From an uncultured Acidimicrobiia bacterium (GTDB lineage: Bacteria; Actinomycetota; Acidimicrobiia; Acidimicrobiales; JACDCH01): DNA of 64,000 nt. The stretch is taken from the NCBI GenBank assembly GCA_963840695.1, contig CAWIZW010000009.1, positions 474,467 through 538,466 of the forward strand. Reading direction: 5' to 3'. Below the pieces are notes generated by a model. The model saw nothing but the letters and a program-made list of their open reading frames with translations. It was not told the DNA's origin and did not search any database. Both the position numbers and the translations under genes were made by a program. Below are positions 9,291-20,543 of this stretch, in pieces. Positions within the stretch are counted from its first letter, which is position 1. Every line of letters starts with the position of its first letter.

Positions 9291-10617
9291 GTGCATGGAG
9301 CCCAGGCGAACCGACGGACCTTCATCGCGGGAGCGGGTGCCGTGGCCTTCGCGGCGGCGACGCTGCGCCTGGGGTGGGACGCCTCCCCGGCCGGCGCGAC
9401 GCCGACGGCGCTGCTGCGGCCGCCCCAGCTGAACGCCATCCAGCTGGCGAACTGGTTCAAGTCGAGCGCGACGCGGGTGGCGAACTACCGCGCCACGGTG
9501 CCGATCGAGAGCCTCACCGCCTACTACCAGGACGAGGGCATCCAGCAGGGCGTCGCCGGCGACATCGCCTTCTGCCAGGCGGTGCTCGAGACCGGGAGCT
9601 TCAGCTACCCGGCCGGCGGCCAGGTGCTGAACACCGACAACAACTTCGCCGGCATCGGGGCCTGCGACGGCTGCGGCGGCCTGAAGGTCATCATCAAGTC
9701 CCACGCCGTCTACGGCGTCCGCCGCCACATCCACCACCTCTGGGCCTACGCCCAGCCCGGTGCCACCCAGGCCACGACCGCCCTCCCCGGCGAGCTGCCC
9801 GGCCCGCCGTGTCGCGACGGCACGTTCGACCGGACGATCAACGTCATCCCCACGTCCATCAAGGGCAAGGTGCAGACCGTCCAGCAGCTCTCCGGCACCT
9901 GGGCATCCGACCCGAACTACGCCAGCAAGATCCTCGACCTCTACGCGCAGGCGGGCCGGTTCAGCGGCGTGAACCTCGGTCCCACCCTGCCCGAGCTGAA
10001 CAAGTTCGTCGACGCCGCCTACAAGGTCTTCCTCGGCCGCCCGGCCGACGCCTCGGGCAAGGACTACTGGTCCCGTCGCATCATCGAAGGCGTCATCACC
10101 ATCCCCGCCTTCTGCGACACGATGGCGCGCAGCGACGAGTGGCTCAGCGTGTCGATCCGCGAGCTGTACAGCAAGGCCCTCGGCCGTGTGGCCGACCCCG
10201 ACGGGCTCGCCTACTGGATCGGTCGGGTGCGCGGCGGCATGCGCCTCACCGACGTCGGCGCCCTGTTCTACGGCTCGCCCGAGTACGTCCAGCGCAGCGG
10301 CGGCACGTCGGAGTCCTTCGTCTCGGCGCTGTTCCGCGACCTCCTCGAGCGGGCCGCCGACCCCGGCCGGGCTGAGCTTCTGGGCGGGCGAGCACCGGCG
10401 CGGCGTCCCCGCCTCGTCGATCGCCGGCGGGTTCTACGCGTCGGTGGAGTCGCGGGGCCGGCGGGTCGACGGCCTCTACATCAAGGTGCCTCGGCCGGCT
10501 CCCCGACGGCGCCGGCCGGCAGTTCTGGGTCGGCGAGCTGCTCCGCCTCGACGACGTCGCCCTCGCCGCCAACCTGGCCTCGAGCGACGAGTTCTTCACG
10601 AAGGCCCTGCGGCCTAG
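9291..10617 (+). CDS. Tat-secreted glucosaminidase-domain protein with DUF4214-like repeats, frameshifted as given
   Basis: Twin-arginine signal [17 protein letters not shown] and a glucosaminidase-like block [11 protein letters not shown]...NNFAGIGA. It also has repeats of the [14 protein letters not shown] / [13 protein letters not shown] type. Frame changes near 10370 and 10490; the 3' end is approximate. Confidence 0.65.
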
Positions 10618-10646
10618 GTCGAGGGCGAACCGCCGCGCCCGTCTTG

Positions 10647-12324
<1,678 letters not shown>

Positions 12325-12336
12325 CGGGGCCCGACG

Positions 12337-12741
12337 CTATTCCGGGGCTGCCGCCGGGGCGAAGAAACCGGTGCCGCAGGCGGGCAGGCCCTCGGCGTCG
12401 AACTGGGCCGCCAGGGCGGCGAAGGGATTCTCGGTGACGAAGTCCTCCGGCCGGGCGCGGAGGTCGGCGAGCACGCTGCGGTAGCCGGCGATGATGTCCG
12501 CCACCGCGCCCGGGGGTTCGACGGCTGTGAGCTCGTCGAGCAGCTCGTCCATCGTGTCGGCGAAGGCGTGCGACGCGTACTCGGCGAAGGCGGCGTCGCT
12601 CGGGACCCCTTCGGGGAACGACAGCTGGAACTCGTCCTGGACCCGTGCGGCGAACTCCGTGCAGAGCGCGGTCGCGTCGTCGTCGAACCCGTCGTCGTCC
12701 CGGCTGTCGACGGCGATGAGACCGACCGCGATGACCAGCAC
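12337..12741 (-). CDS. hypothetical membrane-anchored/secreted protein
   Basis: The ORF begins in a hydrophobic segment (LVIAVGLIAV) preceded in frame by RRRRHGRF. It has conserved Cys near both ends. The start is unresolved. The architecture resembles the neighbouring lipoprotein. Confidence 0.4.
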   Translation of the reverse strand: MLVIAVGLIAVDSRDDDGFDDDATALCTEFAARVQDEFQLSFPEGVPSDAAFAEYASHAFADTMDELLDELTAVEPPGAVADIIAGYRSVLADLRARPEDFVTENPFAALAAQFDAEGLPACGTGFFAPAAAPE

Positions 12742-12885
12742 GGCGGCGGCGCCGATGGCGAAGCGACCGTGCCGGCGCCGCCGCGCGGCGGGCCGCCGAG
12801 GCGACGGGCGATGGCAGCGGAGGCGGGCACGGCCGGCCAGTGTGGTGGCCGGGCCCCGATCAGCGGAACTCGGCGCCTGCCGAGC

Positions 12886-13387
12886 TCAGGGCGAGGCGTC
12901 CTGCAGGCAGGGGACCTCGGCGATGGCGAGGCGCTCGTCGATGTAGGCGTTGGACGTCTCGAGGGTGCCCTCGTCGCTCGGGTCGCCGTCGGCGGCTCCG
13001 GTCGACGTAGCCGTACGGGTCGGAGTTCACGCTGGAGAGCTGGGCGTCGATCTCGTTGAAGGCCTGGACGATCTCGGCTGCGCGCGCCGGGGGCAGGCCG
13101 AAGTCGACGAGCCCCTGCATGATCGCCCGGGTCCGGGGGATGACCTCGACCTGGATGTAGGAGACGACGTCGGCGTCGGACTGGCCGTCGGCGACCATGT
13201 CGACCTCCTCGTCGGCGAGCTCGGCCGCGTGCTGCGCGCACAGCCGCTCGGCTTCGGCGGCGTACTCCTCCTCGGTGACCACGTCCTCCTCGGCCGCCTG
13301 GTCGTCGCTGTCGTCGCTGCAGGCGGCGACCCCGAGGGCGCCGAGCACCAGCACGCCGGCCCACGCCGCTCGCCATCCGTTCCCCAT
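12886..13387 (-). CDS. putative lipoprotein, frameshifted near the C-terminus
   Basis: Signal peptide with lipobox [23 protein letters not shown]. After a frame change near 12990 the sensible continuation is [33 protein letters not shown], with its stop at 12886. Confidence 0.55.
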
Positions 13388-13428
13388 GGACGGAGGAGGG
13401 TACCGGCCCTCATGGGTACCGTCGGGTC

Positions 13429-14811
13429 ATGGCACGGTTCCGCGTCGAGCGCGACACGATGGGCGAGGTCAGGGTCCCGGCCAAGGCCAAGTGGCAGGCC
13501 CAGACCCAGCGGGCGGTGGAGAACTTCCCGGTTTCGGGTCGAGGGGTCGCCCTGCCGGTCGTGCAGGCCCTGGCCCGCATCAAGGGGGCGGTCGCCGCCG
13601 AGAACGGGGCCCGGAAGCGGGTGCCGCGCCCGGTGGCCAGCGCCGTGCGGGCCGCCGCCGCCGAGGTCGTGGCGGGGCAGTGGGACGACCAGTTCCCCAT
13701 CGACACCTTCCAGACCGGCTCCGGCACCTCGACGAACATGAACGTCAACGAGGTGCTCGCCACCCTGGCGTCGGAGCGCACCGGTCGTGCCGTCCACCCG
13801 AACGACGACGTCAACGCACCGCTCTCGTCGAACGACCAGTTCCCGGCGGCGATCCACCTGGCGGCCGCCGAGCGGATCGACCGCCACCTGCTGCCCGCCC
13901 TCACGCAACTGGCACGCTCCCTGCGGGCCAAGCAGCGGGAGCTGCGCGACGTCGTCAAGGCCGGCCGGACCCATCTCATGGACGCCACGCCCGTGACCCT
14001 CGGCCAGGAGCTCGGCGGCTACGCGACGCAGGTCGAGCAGGCGGCCGAGCGGCTGCGGGCCGGCCTGCCCCGCATCGGGGAGCTGCCGCTCGGCGGCAGC
14101 GCCGTCGGGACCGGCATCAACGTGCCGGAGGGCTTCGCCGCCGCGGTGATCGCCCGGCTGGCGAAGGAGACCAAGCTCCCGCTGACGGAGGCCGCCGACC
14201 ACATGGCGCACAACGCGTCGCGTGACGCGCTGGTCGAGGCGTCCGGGCTCCTCCGGGTCGTCGCCGTCGCCCTCACCAAGGTGGCCGACGACATCCGCTG
14301 GATGGGCTCGGGCCCGGCGGCTGGTCTCGGGGAGCTGCGCCTCCCCGACCTCCAGCCGGGCAGCTCGATCATGCCCGGCAAGGTGAACCCCGTCCTGTGC
14401 GAGGCGGTGCTCCAGGTGGCGACCCAGGTGATCGGCAACGACGCCGCCGTGGCCTGGGCCGGCGCCCGCGGCAACTTCGAGCTCAACGTCCAGCTGCCCG
14501 TCCTCGCCCGCAACCTGCTCGAGTCCATCGAGCTCCTGGGCACGGTGGCGGTGTTGTTCGCCGAGCGGTGCGTCGACGGGATCGAGGCCGACGTCGAGCG
14601 GTGCCGGCGGTACGCCGAGTCGACCCCGCAGGTGGCGACGGCCCTGAACCCGATCCTCGGCTACGAGGTCGTTGCCGGCATCGTCAAGGAGGCGGTCGCG
14701 TCGGGCCGCTCGATCCGCGAGGTCGTCCTCGACAAGGGCCTCCTCGACGAGGCCACCCTCGACGCGACGCTCGACCCCCTCGCCCTCACGAAGGGTGGGG
14801 AGTCGAGGTAG
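13429..14811 (+). CDS. fumC: class II fumarate hydratase
   Basis: Intact 460-aa ORF with the fumarate lyase signature [11 protein letters not shown], plus [10 protein letters not shown] and SSNDQFP blocks. Confidence 0.95.
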   Translation: MARFRVERDTMGEVRVPAKAKWQAQTQRAVENFPVSGRGVALPVVQALARIKGAVAAENGARKRVPRPVASAVRAAAAEVVAGQWDDQFPIDTFQTGSGTSTNMNVNEVLATLASERTGRAVHPNDDVNAPLSSNDQFPAAIHLAAAERIDRHLLPALTQLARSLRAKQRELRDVVKAGRTHLMDATPVTLGQELGGYATQVEQAAERLRAGLPRIGELPLGGSAVGTGINVPEGFAAAVIARLAKETKLPLTEAADHMAHNASRDALVEASGLLRVVAVALTKVADDIRWMGSGPAAGLGELRLPDLQPGSSIMPGKVNPVLCEAVLQVATQVIGNDAAVAWAGARGNFELNVQLPVLARNLLESIELLGTVAVLFAERCVDGIEADVERCRRYAESTPQVATALNPILGYEVVAGIVKEAVASGRSIREVVLDKGLLDEATLDATLDPLALTKGGESR

Positions 14812-14851
14812 CCGCGGGCGGAGACCGCCGGCGGTTGCCGCAGCTTCGGGG

Positions 14852-15340
14852 TCAGCCGACGGCGGGGGTGCCGGCGTAGGCGGCGGGGTCGCCGGGCACC
14901 GGCAGCACCGGTCGGCTCCACGACAGGATCCTCGACAGGTTCTCGAGGACCTCGCGCCACGCCGCCGGGTTCCAGCCCTCGGCGGCCGCCTCGGTGGCGA
15001 CGGACATGTTGAGGTGCACGACCGCCGGCAGCTCCTGCAGTCCGAGCGCCTTCACGACCGTCCGGTCGGGGTCGGTGAACGTCAGGAACTCCGTGGCCCA
15101 CGGTCCGAGGAACTGGCGCGCCTCGTCGTCGGTGGCAGTGACGAGCCAGCCGACCCGGACATCGGCGGCGGCGTACACCGACAGGATCCGCCCCGCCGTC
15201 TCGAGGATCCACGCGCTCTCGTTCGTGAACGGGTCGAGCACGACGAGGCACAGGTGGAAGTTGGTGAGCCACTCGGCGACGGTCCGGGGCTCACCCTGGA
15301 GGGGGTCGAGCAGGAGGTCGGCGGGGGGATCGGTCGCCAT
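14852..15340 (-). CDS. conserved hypothetical protein, possibly thioredoxin-like fold without CxxC
   Basis: 162-aa product from the ATG at 15340 (MATDPPADLLLDPLQGEP...) inside track ORF 14852..15709. The fold guess rests only on the beta-alpha pattern. Confidence 0.45.
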   Translation of the reverse strand: MATDPPADLLLDPLQGEPRTVAEWLTNFHLCLVVLDPFTNESAWILETAGRILSVYAAADVRVGWLVTATDDEARQFLGPWATEFLTFTDPDRTVVKALGLQELPAVVHLNMSVATEAAAEGWNPAAWREVLENLSRILSWSRPVLPVPGDPAAYAGTPAVG

Positions 15341-15413
15341 AGCGGGCCGGAACGTAGCGGACGTCCCGGCCACGAAGCAGATCCCGCCTGCTCCCCGTAG
15401 GGTCACCGGCTCG

Positions 15414-16232
15414 ATGCACCCGATCGAGCGGCTGCGGTACGTGGCCCGCTCGTCCGGCGCGCCCATGTCGATCCTGGTCCGGGAGACGGCGGGCGCGCTC
15501 GGCGGTCTCGGCTTCGACCCGGCGGGACTCGTGACCGCCTGCCGGCGCGTCCTCGACCGCCATCCGACGGCCGGACCGCTGTGGTGGCTCGCCGCCCGTG
15601 TCCTCACGACCGTCGGTGATCCCGACGAGGAGGGCTGGCGCTGCGCCGACGAGATGGAGGACGACCCGACGGTCGAGGAGCTGGTCCACGCCCTGCCGAC
15701 CGACGCCACGGTGTGCGTGCTGGGTTGGCCGGAGCTGGCCGGCGAGGCGCTCGCCCGCCGAGGCGACGCCGAGGTCCTCGCCGTCGACGCCCTCGACGAG
15801 GGCAGCGGGCTCGTCCGGCGCCTCCGCTACGAGGGGGTCGACGCCGTGGACGTACCCGTGACGGGGCTCGCCGCCGCCGTCGTCAGCGCCGACCTCGTGC
15901 TCCTCGAGGCGTCCGCCACCGGTCCCGACGCGCTCGGTGGCCGTCGCCGGCTCCCGCGCCGCCGCCGCCGTCGCCCGGCACGCCGGCGTCCCCGTCTGGG
16001 CGGTGGTCGGTCTCGGGCGCCGGCTGCCCGAGCCTCTGTTCGCCGCCCTGCTGCGGGCGTGTCGCGGCGGAGCAGCGAGGCGAACCGTGGGAGGGGCGTC
16101 GACGAGGTCGTGCCCGCCGATCTCGTCGACCGCGTCACCGGGCCCGTCGGCCCGATCGAGACCGCCCTCGCCCTCGCCAACCCCGACTGCCCCGTCGCCG
16201 CCGAGCTCCTTCGAGCCGTACCGCGGTTGTGA
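15414..16232 (+). CDS. eIF-2B alpha/beta/delta-like (IF-2B family) protein, frameshifted as given
   Basis: Starts MHPIERLRYVARSSG. The Rossmann-like C-terminal half has the IF-2B-type pattern VCVLGWPELAGEALARRG...VLAVDALDEG...VDVPVTGLAAAVVSADLVLLEA...AGSRAAAAVARHAGVPVWAVV. Frame changes near 15940 and 16080. Confidence 0.45.
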   Translation: MHPIERLRYVARSSGAPMSILVRETAGALGGLGFDPAGLVTACRRVLDRHPTAGPLWWLAARVLTTVGDPDEEGWRCADEMEDDPTVEELVHALPTDATVCVLGWPELAGEALARRGDAEVLAVDALDEGSGLVRRLRYEGVDAVDVPVTGLAAAVVSADLVLLEASATGPDALGGRRRLPRRRRRRPARRRPRLGGGRSRAPAARASVRRPAAGVSRRSSEANRGRGVDEVVPADLVDRVTGPVGPIETALALANPDCPVAAELLRAVPRL

Positions 16233-16233
16233 G

Positions 16234-16413
16234 CGTCGCCGAACCGGAGGCTCGGCGACGAGCCGAAGGCGGCGGCCTCAGCCGCCATGGGGCGTCTGGG
16301 GGCGGGACCCGCCAGGGATGCGCCGCAGGCGGGTCTCCCCGCCGAGGACGCCTGCAGTGGCGGCCGGAGGCCGCCGCCGTTCTGTGCGTCGCCGAACCTC
16401 CGGTTCGGCGACG
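16234..16413. repeat. composite REP-like element: two inverted copies of a two-hairpin unit (about 55 nt each)
   Basis: Left unit is CGTCGCCGAACCGGAGGCTCGGCGACG plus GGCGGCGGCCTCAGCCGCC (16234-16286). The right unit is its near reverse complement (16359-16413). The centre is also GC-hairpin rich. Confidence 0.8.
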
Positions 16414-16428
16414 AGCTAGAACCTCGTC

Positions 16429-16897
16429 ATGCCGAAGCGTCGTGACCTCATCCGGATGACCGAGGAGGAGGTCGACGCGTTCCTGGCGGGGCGGCGGCGT
16501 GATGAACATCGCGACCCACAACCACGACGGGACGATCCACCTCGTGGCCATGTGGTACGGCTTCACCGGCGACGGCCGGGTCGCCTTCGAGACCTTCGCC
16601 AAGAGCCAGAAGATCCAGAACCTGCGGCGCGACCCGAGCATCACGGCGCTCGTCGAGACCGGCGACCAGTACGAGAACCTCCGGGGCGTGGAGCTCGTCG
16701 GCACGGCCGAGGTCACCGAGGATCCCGACGTGCTCATGCCGATCGCTCGCAGCGTCGTCGAGCGCTACATCGACCTCACGAACCCGGCCGACGCCGAGCC
16801 GATCGCGGCGGCGATGGCGAGGAACCGGGCCGCCGTCATCCTGAACGTCGACCGCACCGTGAGCTGGGACCACACGAAGCTCGGCGGCACGTACTGA
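16429..16897 (+). CDS. PPOX-class (pyridoxamine 5'-phosphate oxidase-like) probable F420-dependent enzyme, one frameshift
   Basis: MPKRRDLIRMTEEEVDAFLAG continues after a shift near 16495 as MNIATHNHDGTIHLVAMWYGF...KSQKIQNLRRDPSITALVE (track ORF 16499..16897). Confidence 0.7.
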
Positions 16898-18108
16898 TGT
16901 CATCCCGGCGGGCGGCGGCGACGGCGGTGCTCGTCGCCGCCACCGCCGTGCTCCTCGGGTGCGACGGTGGGGAGTCGGTCGGCGACGTGCTCGAACGCAA
17001 CGAGGACACCGGCGACGAGGAGTCGGCGAGCGGGACGAGCACGACGAGCGGCACGAGCTTGGCGGCCGAGGACGTCGTCGTGCGGGTGCCGCCCAGCGGG
17101 CACCGGTTCGACCTCGGGGCGCCGCTCGCGACGGTGGGTGAGGTGGAGGATCCGGACCACTACCGCCAGACCACGACGATCGACTCCCTCGTGAGCGAGG
17201 TCATCGTCGTCGACGCCCTGGCGTTCATCCGCGAGGGAACGGCGGACACGATCGCGACCGAGCGTTACGACCAGCGGCCGCGCTCGGAGCTCACGGCCGA
17301 GGGCATGCTGGAGGAGCTCGACGGCATCGCCGACGCCGGACAGCAGGTCTTCGCCGACGAGGTCGTGAGCGCGGCCTTCCAAGCGTCGGTCGAGCTCGCC
17401 ACCGTCGACGTGGCCGGGTTCTACGAGACGATGTTCGCGGGCGACGTCGAGGCCGAGCAGGACGGCGACGACGTCGTCCTGCGCACCGACGCCTTCGTCC
17501 CCGCGCTCGCCGAGGAGCTGTACGCCGAGGTCGACGACGTCGAGCCGATCGGGGCGGAGCTGCGTGTCGATGCCGACGGCACCCCGGTGTCGGCGACCGT
17601 GAGCGTCGATCTCGGCGGCGCCGTCGAGGTCGAGGTCGCCTACGACTTCGACGGCGTCGAGCCGGTCGTCGCCCCGACCGCCGACCAGCTCGACCCGACG
17701 CCCGACATCGACGAAGAGGAGCTGGCCGCCTTCGCCGACACGCCGCTCGTGGCGCCGGCGGCCCCACCGGTCGGCACGCAGCTGCGCAGCGTGTTGGTGC
17801 TGCCGGCGGAGCGCACCCTCGAGGGCTGCCCCCAGGTCCAGCTCGTCTACGCCGACGACGCCGACGTGGACAACCTCGTCGTGTTCCTGCTTCCGCAGAC
17901 CTGCGCCCTGGCCTACGACGACACGCCGTACGACCAGACCTACGGCGGGTTGCCGTCGCGGTTCGACGGCTACGAGGTCCTGTTCGGGACGACCGTCGTC
18001 CAGCTCGACGGAACCCTGCGGGCGCCCGAGTTCGAGGTGGTTGCCGAGTCCCTCCAGCCGACGACGGCCGAGGCCCTCGTCGCCGCCGTCGTGCCGATGC
18101 CCGACTGA
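16897..18108 (+). CDS. acidic lipoprotein of unknown function
   Basis: Intact 403-aa product with lipobox MSSRRAAATAVLVAATAVLLGC. It is very Asp/Glu rich. The start overlaps the preceding stop (TGATG). Confidence 0.7.
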   Translation: MSSRRAAATAVLVAATAVLLGCDGGESVGDVLERNEDTGDEESASGTSTTSGTSLAAEDVVVRVPPSGHRFDLGAPLATVGEVEDPDHYRQTTTIDSLVSEVIVVDALAFIREGTADTIATERYDQRPRSELTAEGMLEELDGIADAGQQVFADEVVSAAFQASVELATVDVAGFYETMFAGDVEAEQDGDDVVLRTDAFVPALAEELYAEVDDVEPIGAELRVDADGTPVSATVSVDLGGAVEVEVAYDFDGVEPVVAPTADQLDPTPDIDEEELAAFADTPLVAPAAPPVGTQLRSVLVLPAERTLEGCPQVQLVYADDADVDNLVVFLLPQTCALAYDDTPYDQTYGGLPSRFDGYEVLFGTTVVQLDGTLRAPEFEVVAESLQPTTAEALVAAVVPMPD

Positions 18109-18133
18109 ACGAGGGCCGGTAGGGTCGCCGCCC

Positions 18134-18814
18134 ATGAGCGACATGGTGGAGTTCCCCAGCAACGGGGGCACGGCATCCGGCTACCTGGCGACACCCGAGG
18201 GTGGTGGCGGGCTCCCGCTGGTCGTCATCCAGGAGTGGTGGGGGCTGGTGCCCCACATCAAGGACGTCTGCGACCGCTTCGCCGCCGAGGGGTTCGCGGC
18301 CCTCGCGCCCGACCTCTACCGGGGCGAGGCCACGACCGAGCCCGACGAGGCCGGCAAGCTCATGATGGCGCTCAACATCGAGCAGGCCGCCAAGGACCTG
18401 TCGGGCGCGGTGGCCAAGCTCCAGGAGGTGACCGGACGCGATGCCGTCGGGGTCACCGGGTTCTGCATGGGTGGCGGGCTCGCCCTCGCCCTCGCCTGCC
18501 TGCGGCCCGACGCCGTCAAGGCGTGCGTGCCGTGGTACGGCGTCATCCCGTGGGAGGCGGCGCAGCCCGACTGGTCCAAGCTCGAAGCCGCCGTCCAGGG
18601 CCACTACGCCGAGCTCGACGGGTTCTTCGGCCCCGAGGCCGTGGCCAAGCTGCAGCAGACCCTGGACGACCTGGGCAAGGAGGCCGACCTCCACGTCCAC
18701 CCCGGCGTCGACCACGCCTTCTTCAACGACACCCGTCCCGAGGTGCACGACAAGGCGGAGTCCGACACGGCCTGGAACGAGACCGTCGCCTTCCTCCGCT
18801 CGAAGCTGGCGTGA
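18134..18814 (+). CDS. dienelactone hydrolase family protein
   Basis: Intact 226-aa product with a Cys nucleophile elbow GFCMGG, the LVVIQEWWG block and C-terminal GVDHAF. Confidence 0.85.
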   Translation: MSDMVEFPSNGGTASGYLATPEGGGGLPLVVIQEWWGLVPHIKDVCDRFAAEGFAALAPDLYRGEATTEPDEAGKLMMALNIEQAAKDLSGAVAKLQEVTGRDAVGVTGFCMGGGLALALACLRPDAVKACVPWYGVIPWEAAQPDWSKLEAAVQGHYAELDGFFGPEAVAKLQQTLDDLGKEADLHVHPGVDHAFFNDTRPEVHDKAESDTAWNETVAFLRSKLA

Positions 18815-20005
18815 ACCTCGTCGAGCGCTACCTCGAGCTCGGGTTGCGCCTCGGGCGCCACGTCGAGGGGCTCGTCGACGCGTACTACGGGCCCCCGGCC
18901 CTCGCCGACCGCGTCGCCGCCGAGCCGCCGCGCCCGCCCGAGGCCCTGGCCGACGACGCCCGGCGCCTCCTGGCCGATCTCGACGCCGGCGTCCCGGTCG
19001 ACGACGCCGCCGAGGACCCGCACCGGCGCCGCTGGATCCACGCCCAGGCCGCCGGGCTCCGCACGACGGCCGAGCGGCTGGCCGGCGTGCCGATCCCGTT
19101 CGTCGAGGAGATCGAGCGCTGCTACGGCGTCACCCCTCGCTTCGTCGACGAGGAGGCCTTCGCCGGCGCCCACCGCGCCCTCGACGAGGTCCTGCCCGGG
19201 AGCGGGCCGTTGCCGGAGCGCTACATCGCGTGGAAGGAGGCCCAAGCCGTCCCGGTCGACAAGCTGCGGCCCGGCCATCGCCTCCCTCGCCGAGGACTTC
19301 CGCGAGCGGACCGAACGCGCCTTCGGCCTCCCCGAGGGCGAGCACGTCGACTTCGACCTCGTGACCGACGAACCGTGGTCGGGCTTCAACTACTACCTGG
19401 GCGGGCTGCGCAGCCGGGTCGTGATCAACACCGACCTCCCGGTCCTGGCCACCTCGCTCGGGCACCTCGTCGCCCACGAGGCCTACCCCGGCCACCACAC
19501 CGAGCACAGCCGCAAGGAGGCCGGTCTCGTGCGCCAGCGCCGGCGCCTCGAGGAGACGATCTTCGTCGTCGGCGCCCCGCAGTGCCTCCTCGCCGAGGGC
19601 TTGGCCGACCTCGGGCTCGAGGTCATCTGCGGTGCGCGGCCCGAGCCCACGGTGGCCGATCACCTGCGCCCGCTCGGCATCCCGTACGACGCCGAGGTCG
19701 CGGCCCGCGTCTCCCAGGCCACGGAGGCGCTCGACGGGGTGCGCGGCAACGTGGCGTTCCTGCTGCACGACCGCGGCGCCGACCCCGACGACGCCGTCAC
19801 CTACGCCGAGCGCTGGGCGCTGCTGCCGACGGCCCGGGCCAAGAAGGTCGTCCAGTTCCAGACCGACCTCACGTGGCGGGCCTACATCTTCTGCTACCTC
19901 GACGGGCTGCGGCTCTGCCGCGCCTTCACCGCAGGAGACCCCACCCGCTTCGAGCGGCTGATCACCGAGCAGCTCCTCCCGAGCGACCTCGAGGCCGCCG
20001 CGTAG
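18811..20005 (+). CDS. DUF885-like putative metallopeptidase-fold protein, one frameshift
   Basis: The GTG start overlaps the upstream stop (GTGA). Motif HEAYPGHHTEH. Frame change near 19270 (track ORFs 18235..20064 then 19361..20005). Confidence 0.55.
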
Positions 20006-20045
20006 CTGGCTGGTTCGCTCTGCGCCGTCCCTGGCACCCGGCTCG

Positions 20046-20543
20046 TCAGGTGCTCGGCTTGTAGAAGGGGTTCCAGGCGTCGTTGCGCTTCGAGGCGGCG
20101 TCGCGAGCCGACGGGAGGCCGGCCCGGCCGATGATCGACGCGCCGCGGACTGCCTCGCGGTTGTTGGCGAACACGGCGGCGGCGTCGTCGGCCGTCGGAT
20201 CGACCCAGACCGCTGCGACCAGCACGAGCCCGTCGGCCTCGTCCTCGCTGAGGACCTCGGCGGCGACGGCATCGGCGACGCCGGCGGCGACCCCGGCGTG
20301 GGCCGGTCCCCAGGTGAGGCGGGCGTGCGCCGGCCCGGTGATCTGCGCCTTGTTGACGAAGAGGGTGAACGGCTTCACCGGCATGCCGGGATGCAGCACG
20401 GCGACGAACGGCGCGTGGCCGGCGGTCGGCGTGGCCAGCGCCGTCGCCCACGCCGCGCCCACCGGGCCGTCGCGCCGGCCGAGCACGGTGTTCACATGGG
20501 CGGCGTTGGCGCCGCTGCCGACGAAGGACTCCCCGATCTCCAT
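20046..20543 (-). CDS. fae: formaldehyde-activating enzyme (Fae) family protein
   Basis: Intact 165-aa product MEIGESFVGSGANAAHVNTVLGRRDGP...GHAPFVAVLHPGMPVKPFTLFVNK...WGPAHAGVAAGVADAVA...EADGLVL. Column by column it aligns with the Methylobacterium Fae sequence as I remember it. Confidence 0.8.
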   Translation of the reverse strand: MEIGESFVGSGANAAHVNTVLGRRDGPVGAAWATALATPTAGHAPFVAVLHPGMPVKPFTLFVNKAQITGPAHARLTWGPAHAGVAAGVADAVAAEVLSEDEADGLVLVAAVWVDPTADDAAAVFANNREAVRGASIIGRAGLPSARDAASKRNDAWNPFYKPST

